This document shows, piece by piece, positions 56,844 through 64,000 of a stretch of 64,000 nt of DNA. Source of the stretch: Trichoplax sp. H2 (Eukaryota). Below the pieces are notes generated by a model that was not told the origin of the DNA, did not search any database, and saw only the letters and a program-made list of their open reading frames with translations. The stretch is from NCBI GenBank assembly GCA_003344405.1, contig NOWV01000028.1, positions 372,001 to 436,000 of the forward strand, in the 5' to 3' direction. Each line of letters begins with the position of its first letter. Within the stretch, counting starts at the first letter, position 1. Made by a program: the position numbers and the translations under genes.

Positions 56844-58599
56844 AATCTATCTCAATAATTATGACTGCAGATTGCTTGATAATGTACTTTTCAATCATTT
56901 TAGTAGCAACAGCAATTCCTCACAACCATTTGGTTCTAAATTGGAAATTAAATATTGTCCGTTCATATCCTAAAATATTTTATTTTATGATTTTAAAATT
57001 AGATTAAATTTATTTAATGTTTATCTGATATTTTTAATGTAAAAGAAAGAAGTAAGATATATTTTACCAGCATAAGTGCGTTATCTTGTTCATGTTTTTT
57101 CTTGCATTTGGTATATCCCGAAATTCGATTCTGCTTACAGTGCTTTTACTCAGGGATGTCATATCGGAGCAAATTCCTTTTCATAGCTCTAAGATTTTTA
57201 CTGCTATATGTTGAAAGAAATTGTAGAGAAGGGTCTACAATGTTATCATTGCTTGTATGGTGATACTCAATCTTTGTGTATGCTATTACTGAAGTCGTAT
57301 ATAAGTTAGGAATGTGCACTATAGCTTTATCATAAAATTAATTTAGAAGCAAAGGATAGAGTATATTAATATAGTACAGTAGCAAAAATTATAATACATG
57401 AAATTATAGTGAGATCAGGTAGTAGAATTATAAAATTCCTGTGTAATTTAATTGAGATCTTCTGTATGCGAAGATATATCTATCAAGTTATTTTTAATCT
57501 ATTTCTAACTCTTATAAAGAACAATATCGTAGAATTGCATTCTAGTAGAAATAAAATAATAAAACCGAGGTATAATTGATTTAAACCTTGATTATGTAGA
57601 GAAATATGCATAATTCTTATTAGCCTATTCCTAAGTGTGAATAAGGAATGCTATTCCTAAATAATATTCCATTAGTAATAGAATTATAACGTGCAACATC
57701 TTCATTAAACCATGCGACCGTAACAGCGGAATTATAAAACTATCACATATTGGGTTCAGACCATCTTTATATGAAAAAGTAATTATACTGTAAATTAGTT
57801 CCTAGTCTACTCCTACAGTCCTTAAAAAAATAAAGTACCTGAATTGTGCTACATATGATATCAGTAAAATTATAAAATTACTGTATCATTATTTTAATCA
57901 GACTTTCTCTCTATGCCGAAATTCTTTCAATTTATTCGCGTCTATATTCACGCCTAGTATATATATATATCAATAAAGCCTGTGAATCCTATTGCACTAG
58001 CACCGGATCCTTAATTAATGTCAAGAATTGAATATATTTGATGAGGTTTTATTATATGTGTCAAAGTTAAGGTAGTATTAGTATAGTTGATGTCAATAGA
58101 ATTTGAGAGTTTTAATCTTAATTTTATTCATTAATTTATATTATAGGCACATGAACCAGCTAATTAGTAACTGGCCAATTGTGAAGCAATAGGTAATAAA
58201 ATCATAACTCGACTCTCGCTATTAATCAAAGTATCATGAAAGCTTGTAATTCAGACCCCATAGCAACCCTAATGGTATTTAGTCTTCGTTTGCTATTAAT
58301 TGCTGCAAATGTTAGCACTATTACCTTATTCATTATTATTACATGGCAACTTTCGTTTAGTTTCCATCATTTATGAACTACAAATAAATGAGTTCTAACT
58401 CAGTGTGTTCCTACAATTGTAAGAAGGTAATTGCTGATCTAGCTAGCTGAACACATGCAGTATAATATGATTATATTACTTCGTAACTATTTATGATATC
58501 TCTGATTTCGGAATAAATTGATTTTTATTCCATTGTTGTAATTGTAACATGATGCAGTTATTCCTCTTAAAATCCTTCTGTCAAGCATTTGCTAGTAAG

Positions 58600-59390
58600 C
58601 AAGTGTAGCCGTTACACTTTGAGACTGCGACTTAGGCGGAAGCATCTTTTGCAATCATACCAAAATTAAAAAATTTTTGACCTTAGATATGAAATTGAAT
58701 TGATTGCTTGATCGAAAAAATTGATATAATAACGAAAGCCTATAGCTTACAGCACATTCAGCAATTTGAGATTGGCTTCAGGGTTGATCTATTTAAAAGC
58801 AGGGTTTTAAAGAAGGTCTGGTTTTGAAGCTACCACGATAGCTGAAAAAAAAATGGTATAATTTCTAAAACCAGCAGATTAAGCCATGTGAGATTAGCTT
58901 CAGAATTGATGTATTTAAATGTAGGATTTTTAAGAGGTTAGGGTTATAGACTTTGAAGCTATTGCGCTGTCTGAAAAGGTACATAATATAATATCTATAA
59001 TCTATAGCTTACAGCACATTAAGTCACAATATCTAAAATCTATAGCTTATAGCCAATTAAGTCAATTGAGATTGGCTTTAGGGTTGATTTAAAAGGAAGA
59101 TTTTAAAGAGGACCCGACTCTAACATTCTTACGGTGGCTAAAATTATTGATACACTATGGAAAACCTGTAGCTTAAAGTATACTGAATCTTTTGAGATTG
59201 GCTTTAGGCTTGATCTATTTAAAGGGAGAATTTTAAAGAGGGTCCAGCTTTAAAGTTATTGCAGCGGCTGAAAAATTAATAGAATATGGAAAACCTGTAG
59301 CTTACAGCACATTAAGTCATTTGAGATTGGCTTTAGGGTTGATCAAATTTAAAAGCAGGATTTTAAAAGACGCTCCGACTTTGAAGCTAT
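58600..59390. repeat. Diverged tandem array (~125-130-bp unit, about 6 copies) upstream of MS4A-like copy 2
   Basis: CCT(A/G)TAGCTTACAGCACATT...TTGAGATTGGCTT(C/T)AGGGTTGATCTATTTAAA recurs near 58739, 58871, 59040, 59165 and 59294. Confidence 0.8.
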
Positions 59391-59758
59391 TATCCTACTG
59401 GGCTAGCACTATTAGACTATGGCATTCTTCTAATGAATAATATTGTAATTTGCATTACTATAGTTCTTAAAATCCTGACAATAAAGCCTTAATGGAAGGC
59501 GGAAGTTTGAATTCTATACATATGGCCAGATAGAATGCTATAAAAAAGTACCAGGATTGACCGGATATGGAATTATTAGCATAGTTTATCTACGCATGCT
59601 ATACTTTGCGTACTATGTGCTAGCATTAAACTGCAAGTGAACAGCAGCAACTGCTTCTCATCAGAGCGACATCATTTTTTTTTCATCAGCGGTCATCTCT
59701 GCTTTCTATCGCAACATCTCAATTTGCTTTTATTCCTAGTTGGATTGGAAAACTCATC

Positions 59759-62700
59759 ATGACGAATGCTCTAAGGCCTGGAGGTTTTCGAAGTGTACCT
59801 GAACATCATGCGGCACTCTTAGGTACCATTCTTATCACCAATGGCATAATTTCTATTATCGTTGGAGCCCTGGATCTGTCTTTGGATACTATCTATGCGT
59901 ATAACTACATTTATGTTGGTGCCCCAATTTGGAGTGGAATTATTGTAAGTTTTATTCTATTTAGGGCCACGAGCAGGATGATAATTGTTTTCTTTATTTT
60001 ATCGATCTGAAATTGCTAAATCTTATTACCAGTTCTCATCAGTGCCCAAGGATAACAATTGCTCTGTAAATTGCTTCGATTACCTGATTAACGTGTTCTT
60101 CAGTAATGGCGTAGGATACCAGTTAGTTGATAGAGAGACAAAAAAAAACTAATTAGACCATTAGAACAAGTGGAGTACTGTTATGGATCATATTGAAATC
60201 CACACACTTAGTTCGATGTTAGTATTTCTTCTCCTGGAATAGGATTCATGAGACTACTACTTGCAGTTCCATTTTCAGGGGCACTCGCTTAACTTACCTT
60301 AGCAAGAGTTTGTCCCATAGTTTATCCATTAATAACTTTATTTAATATTGATAAGAATACAAGTGCACTGTAAAGAGTTTATAAAAATCCACTTGAACAG
60401 CATTCACGTTTTATTTTTTTCCCCTCCACTAACTTTATCTTATATCACGTAAAATGAATTTATAAATTAGCACGCAAATAACCGTAGCAAAACGATCAAG
60501 TTGAGTCTCTATCGACTTTGACCACTGGAAATACGATACTACTTGAGGATAGTTAATCTTTTTACACTCAGTCAGCGTTAGGGTTGGAATTAGCCAAAAT
60601 GAATCTATCGACTTTTACCACTGGAAATACAATACTACTTGAGGATAGTTAATCTTATTACACTCAGTCAGCGTTGGGGTTGAAATTAGCCAAGATAAAT
60701 CTCTACTGTCATGTATTTCGCTTGATATTGGTTTGTGAAAAGAATTCTGCAAACCATCACTCGTGAATGCATCTAAAAGCCTTCAACTATGGATGCATAA
60801 ATAAGCGTAGAGGATCGATTTTTTTTTACGACTGGAAATAATACTTGAGGATGGTTGATCTTGTTAGAATCAGTCACGGTTGGGGTTAGGATTTGCCTTG
60901 GTCAGTCTCTACTGTAATGTATTTCGCTTGATATTGGCCTGTAAAAAGAATTTCGCAAACCATCGCTCGTGCATAGATCTAAAAGTGTTAAGCTATGGAC
61001 ACGTAAATAACCGTAGTGGATCGATCAAGTTGAGTCTCTTTCGATTTTTAGGACTCAAAATACTGCTTGACCACGGTCTATCTTGCTAGGATTAGACATG
61101 GCACATACGGCTAGGGTGGAGACTATTAAAGAGAAAGAGAGGGACAGGAAACGCTCGTTCTCGATACGTGCTAATAATATGGAGACTGATTATTTTACTG
61201 GCTATTTCAACTGTATCATATGTCTACAGTAGTATACTATACTGTTCGCCATTGATATCCAAATTAGCGGCTAGCATACTGCTAAGTACTTCTTCGTTGC
61301 CCCTTGGCTAGCCACGGCTAGAATAAGCCTTCGTCCATTTTCTGTTGTAATTCACTTGATATCTTCGATTATTCACTACATTATGTATAGTTATCTAGTA
61401 GATCCGATAATAGGCAGATAATTAGAATCATAATTTCAAGATTGATTCGTAAATGTCCCAATTTTACGCTACAATATTATTCTAAAGCTAACGATGCTTC
61501 AAAATCAATAGTACTTCATTGCTGGTATCCTTTCGGCTTGTAGCAGAAAAACAAAAGATATCCATCTTGTAAGTAACCAAATGATATTGGACTCTATCGA
61601 ATCATTTCAACTCGTTGAAATAGTAGTTATCAATAGCCGGAGAGAATAGGTTAATCTAAAGTATGGCAAGCAATGATGGAATCTTTTATTTTAGGTTAAT
61701 GCATCCTTTGCATTTTCGCTATTGACCACCATTTGCGCCTTGGTTTCCACCGTTTTATTAACCCTTGGTCGAGCCCAAGATAGCAACTACAACATTTATC
61801 CTTTAGGCATGGTTGGTATTGCAGTCTCTGTCCTCTCATTTATCTTTGGCTTATGCGGAGCTGTTGTTGCTAGTTATGGCATGGATTGTGATTGCTGTGA
61901 TTCCTCACAAATTCCTAACGGTCAATATGTCTACTTTGATAATGAAGCCAGTCAATTTGGCCAGGTAGGTTGGATAGTTGATTTAGAATGCACCAACTCT
62001 CTTGGGTGTGCGCAAAATCACTTTTAAATCATTTTCTACTTTGATTAAATCTTAGTAAATCATCCATGACAGTGATTCTAAAACTCAGTTTTCTATTACA
62101 GATGTTACTCAGGGTTATTCCTATGGTCTAATAGACTTCATTTTGCCTCCTTTTACTTATTTTTTGTTGTAGTCTTCTAGCCATGCACGAAGAATGCAAC
62201 CACCCCAATCAATGCAATCACCGCTGCAGATACAGCAGACACGGCCGATGCAACCAATGCAATCACCGCAGCAGATACAGCAGACACAGCCGATGCAACC
62301 AATGCAACCAATGCAATCAATGCAACCAATGCAAACTGGATCAACTACGCAAACAGGTAAGTAGAAATTACTTTATAATTATAAAATTCTTTTAAGGCTT
62401 GCCAATTGAATTCACCTGCTCTTTGATACTCGAAAATCACTTGCCCTTATTCCTAATCAGCTATTGGAAAATTAAAATATTATGTTACGTTATAATATTA
62501 CAATCCAGATATGCAATAACCAATGCATGATAACCTTTCTAGTCAGTTCTAGCCAGTTTACCATTCTCACAAGATGAAAGTAGAATTGAAATCGATAAAA
62601 GCGGATATTTCATTTTCAATCTACGCTAGCATTCTATCATGAGTAGTTTACAGTTGGACAGCGATGAAATGGCATATCAGAATATTTGATTTCAAAATCT

Positions 62701-63359
62701 GTAGTAGTATTCTGTAATCAGCGAGTTAGAATTTTTACAATAGAAAAGGATAACTTAAGCTACGGTAACGAGAGGATATATCATGATAGCAGTAGTTTAG
62801 AATTCTTATAACACGAAAGTGCTATTTAAATTATACTAACAAGCGACGATTAAGTTTCAATCTATGTTGGCACCCTGTAATCCGTAGTTTAGAACCTTTA
62901 TAACCGTAAAATTAACTGGAATTAACACGTTAGCATTAAAATTACAAATGCATTCTAGACCTCTCTCATTAGTAGTTAAGAAATATTACAAAGAGGAAAG
63001 TGCATTTATCATTTAAATTAGCATGAGAGCACTTAATTTCCAAATTCATGATGGTGTTCTCTACTGTTAATAATAGTTTAGAATTCTTGCAACAATGAAG
63101 AATAGTTGATACATTAACATAAGATGGCGTCAATGAAGAATATATCTTCATTGAGGCTTACATTAATCGATCATGTGGGCATTCAATTCCTTTAATTTCT
63201 ATTAGAAGATTAAGTCTACTGCAATAGTGTATTGACACTTATCTAAATGGATAACTTTATATCTCTGTAGGACTAGTACAACATCAAAATGAACCTGCTA
63301 TGGCAGCTAATTCACTACCTATCTCTCAGAATGATGACTCTCAACCTCAGATATCGTAA
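59759..63359 (+). CDS. MS4A/CD20-like four-pass membrane protein, copy 2, with Gln/Pro/Met-rich tail; last exon uncertain
   Basis: Exons 59759-59944, 61512-61568, 61695-61964, 62173-62356, 63271-63359. Intron positions and phases match copy 1. VPEHHAALLG, YNYIYVGAPIWSGII, SRKTKDIHLVN, YGMDCDC. Confidence 0.72.
60470..61120. repeat. Nested tandem duplications in intron 1 of MS4A-like copy 2
   Basis: A ~96-bp unit (CTATCGACTTTT..CACTGGAAATAC.ATACTACTTGAGGATAGTTAATCTT...) at 60509 and 60605. A longer unit including CTCTACTGT.ATGTATTTCGCTTGATATTGG occurs at ~60701 and 60907. Confidence 0.82.
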
Positions 63360-64000
63360 AGAATTCATTCTTTTAAGTGTGAATGACTTCTAGCAGAATG
63401 TAGAAATAGAGCTATTGGACTACTGGAGTGATTAATTGATAATTCTATGTCGACGAATAACAGTTCTATAGTTGTAGATGAAATGAAAGATATTTCAAGG
63501 TTAGGTACTAGCTCTGTTTGGCCACATAGGATGCGGTTGGTAGTACTCTCACTAAGTTATCCATCATGGCACTATAAGAAGAGTTGAGTACAATTTTTAA
63601 ACATTTTCATGAATTATCCTAATCTACTGTATCCGTGTTTTTTTGGTCATGTATTCGTTGTGATAAATAAAGTTTATGAAACCTAAGCTAGCTTTCTATC
63701 AATATAATAGGTTAAGCTGTGTGTTAAAATAATTTTAAAAGGCTTAGCTTGTAGAATTCCCTCTATGGGAACAAATTTTAATAACTCACTTGTATAGTGG
63801 GAGCTATAGCCATGGATCTACATCGATTAGATTTGATTCAACGTTAATCAAGTAGATGAGAAAGCATAACTACTTGTTGTATCGTCAGTAAATAACTAAA
63901 AGTTGCGAGTACTATTATTATTCTATCAACTGCTTGGAATAGTAGACTATACCTATACCGGAAACATGATTGCATTCGTGTGATTTCAGAACCAAAGATT

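Noticed and set aside
58938..60900. Scattered TTAGGG hexamers
   Set aside because: Single copies within larger repeat units, not an interstitial telomeric array.

Overview
AT-rich, intron-dense eukaryotic (animal) DNA. The short introns, base composition and gene set suggest a compact early-branching metazoan such as a placozoan; this is an inference, not shown by the sequence. Nine spliced protein-coding genes were reconstructed by hand: a class I (Fe-S, FumA/B-type) fumarate hydratase (5'-truncated), USP5/13, an adhesion-type GPCR with a SEA-like domain but no GAIN/GPS, CPLANE2/RSG1, CDC42, NOC2L, a Sel1-repeat protein and two tandem MS4A/CD20-like tetraspan paralogs. An elongator tRNA-Met(CAT) lies inside a CPLANE2 intron. 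Main points of interest: a U12-type intron with AT-AA ends in CPLANE2, a GC-AG intron in CDC42, a 34-bp hairpin, several unrelated tandem arrays near gene 5' ends (one with Helitron-like ends, one with a flipped hairpin loop), probable decayed LRR, ankyrin and GPCR relics, and linkage matching the vertebrate 1p36/12p13/3q26 paralogon. Exon boundaries are manual and may be off by a few bases.
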